Source: an uncultured Peptococcaceae bacterium
GTDB taxonomy: Bacteria > Bacillota > Peptococcia > Peptococcales > Peptococcaceae
Length of the DNA: 64,000 nucleotides
Reading direction: 5' to 3'
Assembly: GCA_937976375.1 (NCBI GenBank)
Contig: CALJRU010000030.1
Span: forward strand, 94,467 to 158,466
In this document: piece after piece, positions 1 to 9,291 of the stretch
Numbering within the stretch: position 1 is the first letter of the stretch
Layout of the letters: every line of letters starts with the position of its first letter
Notes under the pieces: generated by a model
What the model saw: the letters and a program-made list of their open reading frames with translations, nothing else
Databases searched by the model: none
What the model was told of the DNA's origin: nothing
Translations under genes and position numbers: made by a program

Positions 1-1
1 A

Positions 2-742
2 CATATTTCACGGCTTGAAGCTATTAAACTGCAGTTACAAAACATTATAGAGCAGGTTTACGGCCAGCATCTAACCATTGCAGATAATCTCATGCGTGAC
101 ATTTACAGCGAAAGTTATTACCGTAATGCTTTTGAAGTGTTTCAGGGAATCGGTATCGGGTGGACCTTTGCGTCCTTTGACGAAAACCACCTTGAGAAAA
201 TCTTGAATAAGCCGTGGGCACCGGATTCTTTTAATTTTTCCAAGCGTATTTGGAATAACAAAGCAAAATTGGTTGCCAACGTACAGAAATCCTTAACCCA
301 AAATCTCATACTTGGCAGCGATCCTCAAAAGTCCATCGATGACATTGCAAACAAAATGAATACGTCAAAATATAATGCTGGCCGCTTGATAATGACAGAA
401 AGCGCTTTTTTCTCCGGAGAAGCCAGAAGAGAATGTTTCAATTCTTTGGGCGTGGAACAGTACAGAATCGTGGCTACACTTGATATGAGAACATCAGAAA
501 TTTGTCGTGATATGGATGGCAAAGTGTTCAAGATGTCTGAGTATGATCCCGGTATGACGGCGCCGCCATTTCATCCTTACTGTCGAACAACGACGGCACC
601 GTATTTCGCCGATATGGACGCTTTTGCAGAGAGAGCAGCACGCGACCCAGACTCAGGAAAGACATATCATGTGCCGGCAAACATGACTTATAACGAGTGG
701 ATACAAGCTATACAGGATCAGGGGGACGAACACAATGCATAA
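2..742 (+). CDS. Phage head morphogenesis protein (SPP1 gp7 / Mu F-like), 5' partial; the frame is open to the window start
   Basis: Reading frame has no stop from position 2 to 742. The C-terminal PPFHPYCRTT resembles the conserved PxH-NCRC motif of the minor-head (gp7) family. It lies directly upstream of scaffold and capsid genes. Confidence 0.6.
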   Translation, partial: HISRLEAIKLQLQNIIEQVYGQHLTIADNLMRDIYSESYYRNAFEVFQGIGIGWTFASFDENHLEKILNKPWAPDSFNFSKRIWNNKAKLVANVQKSLTQNLILGSDPQKSIDDIANKMNTSKYNAGRLIMTESAFFSGEARRECFNSLGVEQYRIVATLDMRTSEICRDMDGKVFKMSEYDPGMTAPPFHPYCRTTTAPYFADMDAFAERAARDPDSGKTYHVPANMTYNEWIQAIQDQGDEHNA

Positions 743-944
743 ACGCAAAGAAGGTATCAATGGTCAGAGCTTTTTCCATACTGATCAGCTTCACACAGTC
801 ACCGTACCTTGTCTCTATGAAAAAGTTAAAATCTGGAATGGATCGGATTATCAAATAGGATATCGACCAATATATCTACAAGAACCGCCGGGCCAGTTGA
901 TCACCTACGGTGAGGTGGTTGAAGGGCCTGCCATAGAGATCTGA
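735..944 (+). CDS. Small hypothetical phage protein (69 aa)
   Basis: ORF overlaps the stop of the upstream gene by 8 nt (ATG inside ...ACAATGCATAA). No recognisable motif. Confidence 0.3.
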   Translation: MHKRKEGINGQSFFHTDQLHTVTVPCLYEKVKIWNGSDYQIGYRPIYLQEPPGQLITYGEVVEGPAIEI

Positions 945-945
945 A

Positions 946-971
946 TGACCTGGGCATGTCGTTAAAAGGTC
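946..971. repeat. 26-bp direct repeat, copy 1 (TGACCTGGGCATGTCGTTAAAAGGTC)
   Basis: Exact repeat of 1100..1125; the two copies flank a tRNA. Confidence 0.9.
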
Positions 972-1025
972 CGCGAACACCTCCTTTTAAATATAGGTTC
1001 CCCGAAAGCCATAGGGGAACCGCTT

Positions 1026-1098
1026 GCTGTTATGGCGCAATTGGTAGCGCAGCTGTTTTGTACTCAGCGGGTTCCAGGTTCGAATCCTGGTAGCAGCT
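1026..1098 (+). tRNA. Phage-borne tRNA, anticodon UGU (Thr) by manual folding
   Basis: Acceptor GCUGUUA/UAGCAGC (one G-U pair). D stem GCGC/GCGC with AATTGGTA loop. Anticodon stem GCTGT/TCAGC, loop TTTGTAC. T arm CCAGG-TTCGAAT-CCTGG. 73 nt, no encoded CCA. Confidence 0.65.
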
Positions 1099-1099
1099 T

Positions 1100-1125
1100 T
1101 GACCTGGGCATGTCGTTAAAAGGTC
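1100..1125. repeat. 26-bp direct repeat, copy 2
   Basis: Identical to 946..971. Confidence 0.9.
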
Positions 1126-1224
1126 TTTTTGTTATGCAAAAAATTCGCAAGCCCGGCGTAACAGGGGCAACACGCTCGTCAGGGGAAAGACGAAAAAAGC
1201 CGTAAGCGAGACAGGAGGACAATC

Positions 1225-1815
1225 ATGAAACGAGAATTTTTGTTGGAGTTGGGCATTGATAAAGAGAACGTTGATAAAATCATGGCTGAAAATGGCAAGG
1301 ATATTGCAGCGGAAAAAGCGAAGACGACGGCCGCTGAAGAATCCCTTGCAAGTTTGCAAGCCACTCTTGAAGAGGCCAACACAACTATTGCTGGCTTTAA
1401 GGAAAAAGACCTCGACGTTGAAAAGGCAAAGAACCTTGCAAAAGAGTGGGAAAAGAAATTTCAAGAGGCCGAAGAAGCAAGAGAAAAAGAGGCTAAAAAC
1501 AATGCGTTGATGCATGAACTTGCGAAAACAAATACTGTTGATGCTGAGGTTCTCAAGGCTTGCTTAAACATGGATGAAATCATTGTGAAAGATGGTAAGT
1601 TCATCGGACTTGATGATCAGATTGCAAACTTGAAAGAAAACAAGCCGTACCTGTTTGACGACAAAAAACCAACACTGAAGGGCGCTCATGTTGGAGATCC
1701 GTCGGATACAGAACCGGGAAGCGACCCTGTTGACTTTTCGAAAATGACCTATTCTGAGATGACTGACTATCTGGCAAAACACCCTGAAGCCGCTTCACTT
1801 TTAAATTCAAAATAA
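1225..1815 (+). CDS. Phage scaffolding protein (E/K-rich, coiled-coil)
   Basis: 196 aa, highly charged, alpha-helical, low-complexity. Directly upstream of the major capsid gene. RBS GGAGGA precedes the ATG. Confidence 0.55.
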   Translation: MKREFLLELGIDKENVDKIMAENGKDIAAEKAKTTAAEESLASLQATLEEANTTIAGFKEKDLDVEKAKNLAKEWEKKFQEAEEAREKEAKNNALMHELAKTNTVDAEVLKACLNMDEIIVKDGKFIGLDDQIANLKENKPYLFDDKKPTLKGAHVGDPSDTEPGSDPVDFSKMTYSEMTDYLAKHPEAASLLNSK

Positions 1816-1832
1816 TGAAAGGAAGGATATAA

Positions 1833-2909
1833 ATGTCTGCAAGATTTGATTCTAAAACTTTTAATTCTGAGGCGTTTGGTAGATATGTTGAAAGCATTCC
1901 AAACACCACAAAAGCTGAATTAGCTCGCAGCGGAGCTGTTGGCACCAACGAAAACGCAAGAAACGCTTTGTCTAATCAGACTGGCGGTCTCTATGCTAGA
2001 GTGCCTTACTTCGGACGCATTTCTGCATCCACGTCTCAAAATAATAACGGGGCGACCGATATCACAGCGACTACAACCACCACTTATGACCAGGGCTTTA
2101 TTGTTGCAAGTCGCATGGATGCGTGGGTTGAACGTAGTTTTTCCCAGAATATCACAGCTGGGGTCAATTTTATGGACCATGTGGCGCAGGAAATTGCAAA
2201 CCACTACAAGCTTGATGTGCAGCAAGGCATCCTTTTGAGCATGCTCAAAGGCATTTTTGCTATGACTACTGAAGGCGGATCTGTTGCCCAGAACGCAGCA
2301 AAGGCTTTTGTCACCAACCACACTTTCGACATTACAGCTGGTGAAGGCGACGCAGCTATGGTTGGTCCTGCTACACTTAACACTGCGATTCAGAAAGCTT
2401 GCGGTGACAATAAGCAGGTTTTCACCCTTGCGATTATGCACAGCGTGGTAGCAACTAACCTGGAAAACCAAAAGCTCCTGAAATTCTTAACTTATACCGA
2501 TGAAAACGGTATTGAAAGAGATTTGCCGCTTGCTACTTGGAATGGCCGCTTGGTTCTTGTTGATGACGGTATGCCCGTCGAAACAGACGATGATGCTGGG
2601 GGTGGGTCTTTGAAATACACGACCTACGTCCTTGGTCAGGGCGCGTTAATCCTTGACGATATTGGCGACGCAGTGCCTTATGAAATGGATCGTACGCCGG
2701 AAAAAAATGGCGGGCAGGATACATTGTATGTTCGTGACCGCTTTATTTGCGGTGCGACGGGTATTTCCTTTGAAAAAGGTGCTGACATTACGGCATCCGC
2801 TTCCAACGAGGATTTAGCCAAAGGGACAAACTGGGCTGTAATCAATGATGGTGTTACCGCTATTCCTGATAAGGCAATCCCAATTGCGCGTATTATCTCT
2901 AAGGGCTGA
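1833..2909 (+). CDS. Phage major capsid protein
   Basis: 358 aa ORF placed after head-morphogenesis and scaffold genes. RBS GAAAGGAAGG. Size typical of a capsid protein. Confidence 0.55.
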   Translation: MSARFDSKTFNSEAFGRYVESIPNTTKAELARSGAVGTNENARNALSNQTGGLYARVPYFGRISASTSQNNNGATDITATTTTTYDQGFIVASRMDAWVERSFSQNITAGVNFMDHVAQEIANHYKLDVQQGILLSMLKGIFAMTTEGGSVAQNAAKAFVTNHTFDITAGEGDAAMVGPATLNTAIQKACGDNKQVFTLAIMHSVVATNLENQKLLKFLTYTDENGIERDLPLATWNGRLVLVDDGMPVETDDDAGGGSLKYTTYVLGQGALILDDIGDAVPYEMDRTPEKNGGQDTLYVRDRFICGATGISFEKGADITASASNEDLAKGTNWAVINDGVTAIPDKAIPIARIISKG

Positions 2910-2914
2910 TTGCT

Positions 2915-3352
2915 ATGGGTACCATCTATGAAGCGGTTGACACTATTAGCGATGAGCTTCTGGAACTGGTTGATTCCTACTTTGACACCACTGTACTAGA
3001 TTTAAAGGGCGACGCTTTCGCGCGAAAAGTGAAACGCGCCCTTTTTGATTTGTTACACGAATGTAATCGAATGGATCTACCGGATTCAGCTAGATTGCCA
3101 TTTTTACAACTAGTTATCGATGATGCAACCATTGATGCGTATGAAGCGGGGATCATCGAGCCTGATATGGACACCGTGAGCAAAGAAAAGCCTACCAATA
3201 GCGTGAGCGTTAAATCGACCAATGTTTCTTTCGGAAAATCAGATTATGAAATTTTGAGGGACGATAGAAAAAATCTCTACGCGCAAATGCGTGAAGACGT
3301 TATTCGAAAATGGTATGAGCTTACAGTTACACTGAGAAAGGTCAGGTGGTAA
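2915..3352 (+). CDS. Phage head-tail connector/adaptor-like protein (putative)
   Basis: 145 aa, tightly packed after the capsid gene. Call is by position only. Confidence 0.3.
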   Translation: MGTIYEAVDTISDELLELVDSYFDTTVLDLKGDAFARKVKRALFDLLHECNRMDLPDSARLPFLQLVIDDATIDAYEAGIIEPDMDTVSKEKPTNSVSVKSTNVSFGKSDYEILRDDRKNLYAQMREDVIRKWYELTVTLRKVRW

Positions 3353-3744
3353 GCTTGGCGATCATAGATAGTGCAGCCTATTTCGGGGCCATATCAAAGC
3401 TTTTTGATTGCAGTGCAACCGTGTATAGCGTTAGTGATTCGATTGCATTTGACGGCGCATCTCCTAACATTGATAGCCGCAGAGTGGATGAAAGTAATCC
3501 ATTGTATGTTGACATTCCTTGTTTCGTCGAGTACGAAAATCCTGGCACTGTATCTGGAGATATGCCGACGGTGACTCAGGCCATCACACTTATTTGCTCG
3601 AATGACTATGTTATTCCTGAGGGCTCAACAATAGATGTGGTCAAACATGGTGCACAACGACGTTTTCGCGTTTCAGGTGTTGCCGATCGCTTGGTTACAC
3701 ATCAAGAGATACAGCTCGAGGGCTATGACTATGCGGAGGGATGA
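3346..3744 (+). CDS. Phage head-tail joining protein (putative)
   Basis: 132 aa, overlaps both neighbours as in structural operons. Confidence 0.3.
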   Translation: MVSLAIIDSAAYFGAISKLFDCSATVYSVSDSIAFDGASPNIDSRRVDESNPLYVDIPCFVEYENPGTVSGDMPTVTQAITLICSNDYVIPEGSTIDVVKHGAQRRFRVSGVADRLVTHQEIQLEGYDYAEG

Positions 3745-3747
3745 TCA

Positions 3748-4278
3748 ATGCCTGCAGATACATCAGACTGGGATGAATTTATCAGTGTGCTACACAGTAT
3801 AGGGCAAACTCCGTACCGCTTCTTTCGGGAAGCAGCACATGAGCTTGCGGCGCGTATGCTTGCGCTAGTGATCCCGCGCACTCCTGTTGGTGAGTACCCT
3901 ATGGAAAGCGGGAAAATGGGAGGTACGTTGCGACGTGGTTGGGTGTCAAACACGCATCAACAGGCCGCAACAAATCCGGGTACACCTAGCGCTGCAGAAA
4001 TGAGGGCCTGGGCGTATAGTTTACCTGTTAGACACACTGGGAAGTCTTACGAGATTACAATCACCAATCCAGTTGAATGGGCTTCTTATGTTGAGTTCGG
4101 TCATCGACAAGAACCAGGCCGATATGTTCCCGCGATTGGTAAACGCTTGAAAGCAAGTTGGGTAGAAGGGCAATATATGATGACTATATCTGAAGAACAG
4201 ATCAGATCTATGGAGCCTGCAATACTAGAAGCTGTTTTGCAACGTTGGTTGAACGAGGTGTTTGGGAATGGCAAGTAA
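3748..4278 (+). CDS. Phage tail/neck component (HK97 gp10-like, putative)
   Basis: 176 aa. Position between head-completion and tail-sheath genes. Confidence 0.3.
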   Translation: MPADTSDWDEFISVLHSIGQTPYRFFREAAHELAARMLALVIPRTPVGEYPMESGKMGGTLRRGWVSNTHQQAATNPGTPSAAEMRAWAYSLPVRHTGKSYEITITNPVEWASYVEFGHRQEPGRYVPAIGKRLKASWVEGQYMMTISEEQIRSMEPAILEAVLQRWLNEVFGNGK

Positions 4279-4747
4279 TTTGATTATCCCTATTGTTAAT
4301 GGCGTAGCGAACGCGCTGCGGGCTATTAACAGTGACGCGAAAATATACACTACAAGCCCTGACAACGTTAAACATAACGCTGCGGGCTATTTTCTTATTA
4401 AGGGGCCGTTGTCAATAACAGAGACACGGTGCCTGAAGTTTCGACACCAACTGAGATTACCATTTGATGTTATGTACTTCCCACCCGATAGGGCTGCTGC
4501 TGATATAGGGTTGTTGTCCACAGCAGCTTTTGCAATGCTGGAAGCTCTTTATCAGATATACCCTGCAGAGGCTGTGGAAGGCGGATATCTGGTAAATGAT
4601 CGAGGTAAGCGCGGGCATAATCAGTCTGTGGAAATTGATGGTGGTGTCGTGCATGTACTTACCAGTTACGATTTATGGGTTACAACCCCACAGAAAAAGG
4701 AACTGGTACAGTCCATTACTTTTACTTTTGAAAAGCAAACAGAATAG
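4262..4747 (+). CDS. Phage tail completion/terminator-like protein (putative)
   Basis: 161 aa, immediately upstream of the sheath gene. Confidence 0.3.
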   Translation: MGMASNLIIPIVNGVANALRAINSDAKIYTTSPDNVKHNAAGYFLIKGPLSITETRCLKFRHQLRLPFDVMYFPPDRAAADIGLLSTAAFAMLEALYQIYPAEAVEGGYLVNDRGKRGHNQSVEIDGGVVHVLTSYDLWVTTPQKKELVQSITFTFEKQTE

Positions 4748-4749
4748 GA

Positions 4750-6174
4750 GTGAGTGTTATGGGTTTTGGTGGTGGATTATACACCGAAGAAAATAAGATT
4801 TTACCCGGCTCTTACTATAAGTATAAGTCTGCTGGAACTAACGTCAGCACTTACGCTGAACGAGGCCTTGTGGGATTAATTGCTCCGTCTGATTGGAGCG
4901 ATGGAGCATTGACGCGATTGGTTGTGCCAGAAAAGGAATTCGACCATAAAGGTGCCTATGTTTGGCCGCGTGATGCCGAAAAAGCCATTGGCTACGATGC
5001 TTATACCGCACTACCAGCATCTTATTCCGCCGGTACCAATGATGCTAAGTGGTTGCCTGTTTTTGTCCGAGAAACTTTCCGCAATGCAACGGGGTGTTTT
5101 ATCTATCCGCTTTTGGGTAGCACAAAAGCAAAAGCCAGTTGTACGTATGCGACAGCGGCAAAATATGGCGAACGCGGCAATGATTTGTCCGTTAAAATCG
5201 ACGAGAATGACGATGAAACCTTTACCGTTTACACCTTGTTAGACGGCGAAGCCGTTGACACACAAACTGTAACCACCTATGCCGATCTTGTCGATAATGC
5301 TTGGGCGGCATTTGACAAAGAAACCGAATTAGCAGCATCAGCAGCTACAGTATTTACGGGCGGAGTCAGTGGTACAGCTACCGCCGCCGATGTAGCAACG
5401 GCTATTGAAACGCTTGGCAATTTTGGCGTTAACGTTATCGTGCCGTTAACAAGTCTCATGGATAAGGCCGCGTATGAAGTGTTCCTTGACCAGAACAATA
5501 AATACGGTCATTGGATGCAGTTGATTTGCGATAAAGACGCTGCTTGGCTACCTGAGGGTGGGCACGAATATTGTATTGCTCCGGACTTAGGGGCAGATAA
5601 CAGTCTCGTCAATGCAGAACTGCTTTACCCATGGATTGGGGGTGCTGAGGCTGCATGTCCGTTGGGTGGAACACTTGATAACGAAACATATAGCGGCGAA
5701 ATCATTGATTTCTTGATTAATACGCAAGGGCTGAAAGCACCAAAGCAAAGCGAACTTGAATATGGCATGAGAGCCGGTTATATGATGTTACACACCGTTG
5801 GAACTGAATGGCGGGTACTTAATGATGACAATACTTTCATTGCTTACACGCCAAAAAAGGACGAATCTTTCCATCGCAACCAAACCATCAGAGTGCTGCA
5901 GACGTTGTCCGTTGATTGGAATCAGATCTTCACTAATGAGTTTTTAGGGAGCGCAGGAACAGACGAGGCCGATCGAACCAACTACAAGATTCGACTTGTC
6001 GAAAGTGCCACCTATTACCAAAAACAAAGAGCCATTAAGAACTTTGACAGCGCTGATATCGTTGTAACCGAAGGTGCACAGAGTGACAGTTATCACGTAT
6101 CTTACTTTGTTCAACCAAACTTTTGCGTTCGCAAAGTATATAACGAAATTACTGTCGCAGCATTTAACAGTTAA
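4750..6174 (+). CDS. Phage tail sheath protein (XkdK-like)
   Basis: 474 aa, followed by a ~160 aa tube-like protein, a chaperone and a tape measure gene. This is the canonical contractile-tail order. Confidence 0.6.
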   Translation: MSVMGFGGGLYTEENKILPGSYYKYKSAGTNVSTYAERGLVGLIAPSDWSDGALTRLVVPEKEFDHKGAYVWPRDAEKAIGYDAYTALPASYSAGTNDAKWLPVFVRETFRNATGCFIYPLLGSTKAKASCTYATAAKYGERGNDLSVKIDENDDETFTVYTLLDGEAVDTQTVTTYADLVDNAWAAFDKETELAASAATVFTGGVSGTATAADVATAIETLGNFGVNVIVPLTSLMDKAAYEVFLDQNNKYGHWMQLICDKDAAWLPEGGHEYCIAPDLGADNSLVNAELLYPWIGGAEAACPLGGTLDNETYSGEIIDFLINTQGLKAPKQSELEYGMRAGYMMLHTVGTEWRVLNDDNTFIAYTPKKDESFHRNQTIRVLQTLSVDWNQIFTNEFLGSAGTDEADRTNYKIRLVESATYYQKQRAIKNFDSADIVVTEGAQSDSYHVSYFVQPNFCVRKVYNEITVAAFNS

Positions 6175-6189
6175 AGGGGTGAGAGATAG

Positions 6190-6675
6190 ATGTTTTCTTT
6201 AGCTGAAAGAATGGATGAGCAAGCTGTTGTGAGCGGTAATGATGCGATTGCCTATTTGATATTACCCGACGGACGTCGTAAAGTTTGGGCAAATATTTTA
6301 ACGTTTGAGGCCAGCGAATCTTACAGCAAGACAAAGTATCCGATTCTGGGGAGACGCACAAAACCTGCGAGAAAAGGTCCTGGCGAGGTTGCAGGCAAAG
6401 TTAAAATGCACTACAACACCAGTACATTTCGCGAAGCTGCTCTCGAATACAAGAAAACCGGAAAGGATGCTTTCTATAACGTACAAGTGGTTAATGAGGA
6501 CCCAAACAGTGGTGTAGGCCGGCAAACGGTTATCTTCTATGGATTAAACTTTGACGAGATGCCGCTTGCACTGATCGATGCCGAAAGTGATTATTTGACC
6601 GAAGAACTGTCCTTCACGGCCAATGACTGGGATCTTGAGAACGTCTTTGGCGACGGTGGCTTACTTGATGCTTGA
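6190..6675 (+). CDS. Phage tail tube protein (XkdM-like)
   Basis: 161 aa directly after the sheath gene. Confidence 0.5.
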   Translation: MFSLAERMDEQAVVSGNDAIAYLILPDGRRKVWANILTFEASESYSKTKYPILGRRTKPARKGPGEVAGKVKMHYNTSTFREAALEYKKTGKDAFYNVQVVNEDPNSGVGRQTVIFYGLNFDEMPLALIDAESDYLTEELSFTANDWDLENVFGDGGLLDA

Positions 6676-6727
6676 TATACTAGCCGCGCTTACATGCGCG
6701 GCATATTTTTTGGGGGTGCTTTATTTT

Positions 6728-7186
6728 ATGAATTTAAGTCGTCTTATGAAAGAAAACGTTAAGAGCGTTGAAAATGTTAACTACTACCCATCGGATAGAC
6801 TGACCGACGAGGATGGTAATCCCCAGGTATGGGTTTTGCGTCCGCTCACTACAAAAGAAGTCGACGCTATCACAGAGAAATGCACAAATACAGAAAACAA
6901 GATTGAGTTTAACTCTCGCGGTAAACGTAAAGTGAAAAAGAATGTAGAGCTGAGAACCATGGAATTGGCTGACGAAATGGTTCTGGCTTCTTTAGTCGAT
7001 CCATCTCGTGAAGATTTCCAGGACGCAAAACTGCAGGATGACTGGGGTGTGTTTAACGAACTTGATTTGCTCAAGGCGTTACTGCTGCCCGGCGAATATA
7101 CCGACCTGGTACAAGAAGTGCAGCGCTTGTCTGGATACGATATTGACCTTGTCGATGGCGTAGAAAATGAAGCTAAAAAAAACTAG
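6728..7186 (+). CDS. Tail assembly chaperone (XkdN-like), zero-frame product
   Basis: 152 aa between tube and tape measure. Start chosen at the ATG after a GGGGGTG RBS. Ends EAKKN-stop inside an A8 run. Confidence 0.5.
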   Translation: MNLSRLMKENVKSVENVNYYPSDRLTDEDGNPQVWVLRPLTTKEVDAITEKCTNTENKIEFNSRGKRKVKKNVELRTMELADEMVLASLVDPSREDFQDAKLQDDWGVFNELDLLKALLLPGEYTDLVQEVQRLSGYDIDLVDGVENEAKKN

Positions 7187-7362
7187 ACGAAAATGACGCG
7201 GATTATCTAACAGCGTATCTCCTATTTACAGATCACCATATTTTGCCGAGTGAATATATAGCAATGTCCGATGCTGAAAAAGGCATCATTAGGGCGTTTT
7301 ACCGTAAACACAAAGAAGATACAGACAGGGCCAATGCTGAAATTAACAAAAACATCCGTTAG
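6728..7362 (+). CDS. Tail assembly chaperone, -1 frameshift-extended product (G/GT-like)
   Basis: A -1 slip in the A8 run at 7175..7182 enters an open frame (KLDENDADYLTAYLLFTDHHILPSEYIAMSDAEKGIIRAFYRKHKEDTDRANAEINKNIR-stop at 7360..7362). That frame is closed by TAA just upstream of the slip site. Confidence 0.5.
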
Positions 7363-7377
7363 CAAGAAGGTGAGAAC

Positions 7378-9288
7378 ATGGCAAGCATTAGAACGATATT
7401 TTCACTCATTGACAATATGTCCAGCCCTTTGCAGCGAATAGAAGCCAATATGCAGCGTGCTCAACGTACTGCAGAAGCCACTGGCGCATCTATGGATGGT
7501 ATCGGTAGTGACCTGTCTAATGCCGTGGCGAATCAAAGTCGATTCAACGCAATGCTCGAAGCAGGCAATCGGCAAGCTTCAACGCTCAAAGGAACCATTA
7601 AGAGCGTGGCTGCAGCTTATATCGGCTTTCAAGCTGTCACTCAAGGGGTCTCCTATTTTGTTAGACTGAGTGACACTTTGACCAGTGCTGAGGCGCGTTT
7701 GGCGGGTATTGTCGACGAAACCCAAACACTTGAAGAACTATCACAAAAAGTTTTTGATTCTGCGCAACGGTCTCGAGGTGCTTATGCTTCTACTGCTCAG
7801 TTTGTAGCACGTGTAGGGCAAATGGCATCTGACCTTTTTACAAACGACGAACTTGTAAGGTTTGCTGAGACATTGAATAAGCAAATGGTCATCAACGGTA
7901 CATCAACCTGGGAAGCTGAGGCAGCCATGACACAGCTGTCTCAAGCCTTGGGATCCGGTGTACTGCGCGGCGAAGAATTAAACTCCGTATTTGAGCAGGC
8001 GCCTGGGGTTATTAGCCTCATTGCGGATTATCTCGATGTGGATATTGGTCAGATACGAGCCATGGCGTCAGAAGGGATGTTGACTGCTGAAGTCGTTAAA
8101 AATGCCGTACTTTCTGGTGCCGATGAAATCGACAAAGCTTTCGAAAGCATGCCTATGACATGGGCCCAAACGTGGCAAAAATTTGCAAATGAAGCTGCTT
8201 GGTCCTTGAGACCATTGTCTGATTTATGGTCGCAGGCGCTTAATAGTTCCACGGTTCAGTCAACAATGACGGTTTTCGCTTCGCTGATAGGTTTGCTAGC
8301 ACAGGGAACTGCCTATGTTGTCAACGCTGCTACGAACTGGGAACATTTTGACACTGTTCTTAATGTCGTGAAGGCAACGGTTGGCGTGGGCCTTGTGTAT
8401 GCATTTGGTCTGCTTTTAATTGCTGGTGACAAGGCATTTACCTGGCTTACTCAAAAAGCGCTTGCTTCAACTCTAGCTTTCGCTACAACCCATCCAGTAT
8501 TAACAACCATGATTGTGATTATGGGGCTGGCTGCTGCAGCGGCAACAGAGATGGGGCTGACTTTTGAAGACGTTGTTGCAATGATTGCCGGTGGTGCTGC
8601 GGGTGCAGGGAACGTTATCCGATGGGCATTCCAAAATGCTTGGATGGAAGCCAAAGTCGAAACGAACAATGCACTGCAATGGATGATGGATAAAATCACC
8701 AGATTTATTAACTGGACTGCAAGCAAAGTAAATAATAATAAATTACTTGATGCCATGGGCATCAAGATGGACACGGTAGATTTTACACCAAACTACCAGT
8801 CCTATGATTGGGTATCAGTTTCCGAAGCTTTTCAAAATGGCTATAACAGCGGTAGCTCCTTTGCGAGCCAGGCAATGAGCTGGGTAGGAGATAAGTTGTC
8901 TGGCATCACAGATATTGTTGATCAAGCGACTAGCCTTGGTTCAGGATTAAATGTAGGGACGATACCAACCGCTGAAGATATCGGCTTTGATACCAGCGGC
9001 CTTGAAGATTCGTCAGATGATACAGCAAAAAGTTCTGAAACAACAGCCGAAAATACGAAAAACATCGCTGATACTCTCAGTACAGTTGCCAGCGACATGG
9101 CGTATTTCCGGGCGCGCGTGCGCGGTTTGGAAATGCAAAGAATTGAGCAGAACATTAAGCTGGACATTAACGCGCCGATTAGTGGTACTGGGTCAGCTGA
9201 GATTGATGGATTCTTGAAAGCATTTACGGGCGCATTGGAGACAGAACTCAAAAACAGTAAAAGAAGCATTGCAACTGCGGGGGTGTAA
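7378..9288 (+). CDS. Phage tail tape measure protein
   Basis: 636 aa, Ala/Gln-rich and helical with a central hydrophobic stretch. Follows the chaperone/frameshift pair. Confidence 0.7.
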   Translation: MASIRTIFSLIDNMSSPLQRIEANMQRAQRTAEATGASMDGIGSDLSNAVANQSRFNAMLEAGNRQASTLKGTIKSVAAAYIGFQAVTQGVSYFVRLSDTLTSAEARLAGIVDETQTLEELSQKVFDSAQRSRGAYASTAQFVARVGQMASDLFTNDELVRFAETLNKQMVINGTSTWEAEAAMTQLSQALGSGVLRGEELNSVFEQAPGVISLIADYLDVDIGQIRAMASEGMLTAEVVKNAVLSGADEIDKAFESMPMTWAQTWQKFANEAAWSLRPLSDLWSQALNSSTVQSTMTVFASLIGLLAQGTAYVVNAATNWEHFDTVLNVVKATVGVGLVYAFGLLLIAGDKAFTWLTQKALASTLAFATTHPVLTTMIVIMGLAAAAATEMGLTFEDVVAMIAGGAAGAGNVIRWAFQNAWMEAKVETNNALQWMMDKITRFINWTASKVNNNKLLDAMGIKMDTVDFTPNYQSYDWVSVSEAFQNGYNSGSSFASQAMSWVGDKLSGITDIVDQATSLGSGLNVGTIPTAEDIGFDTSGLEDSSDDTAKSSETTAENTKNIADTLSTVASDMAYFRARVRGLEMQRIEQNIKLDINAPISGTGSAEIDGFLKAFTGALETELKNSKRSIATAGV

Positions 9289-9291
9289 CAC

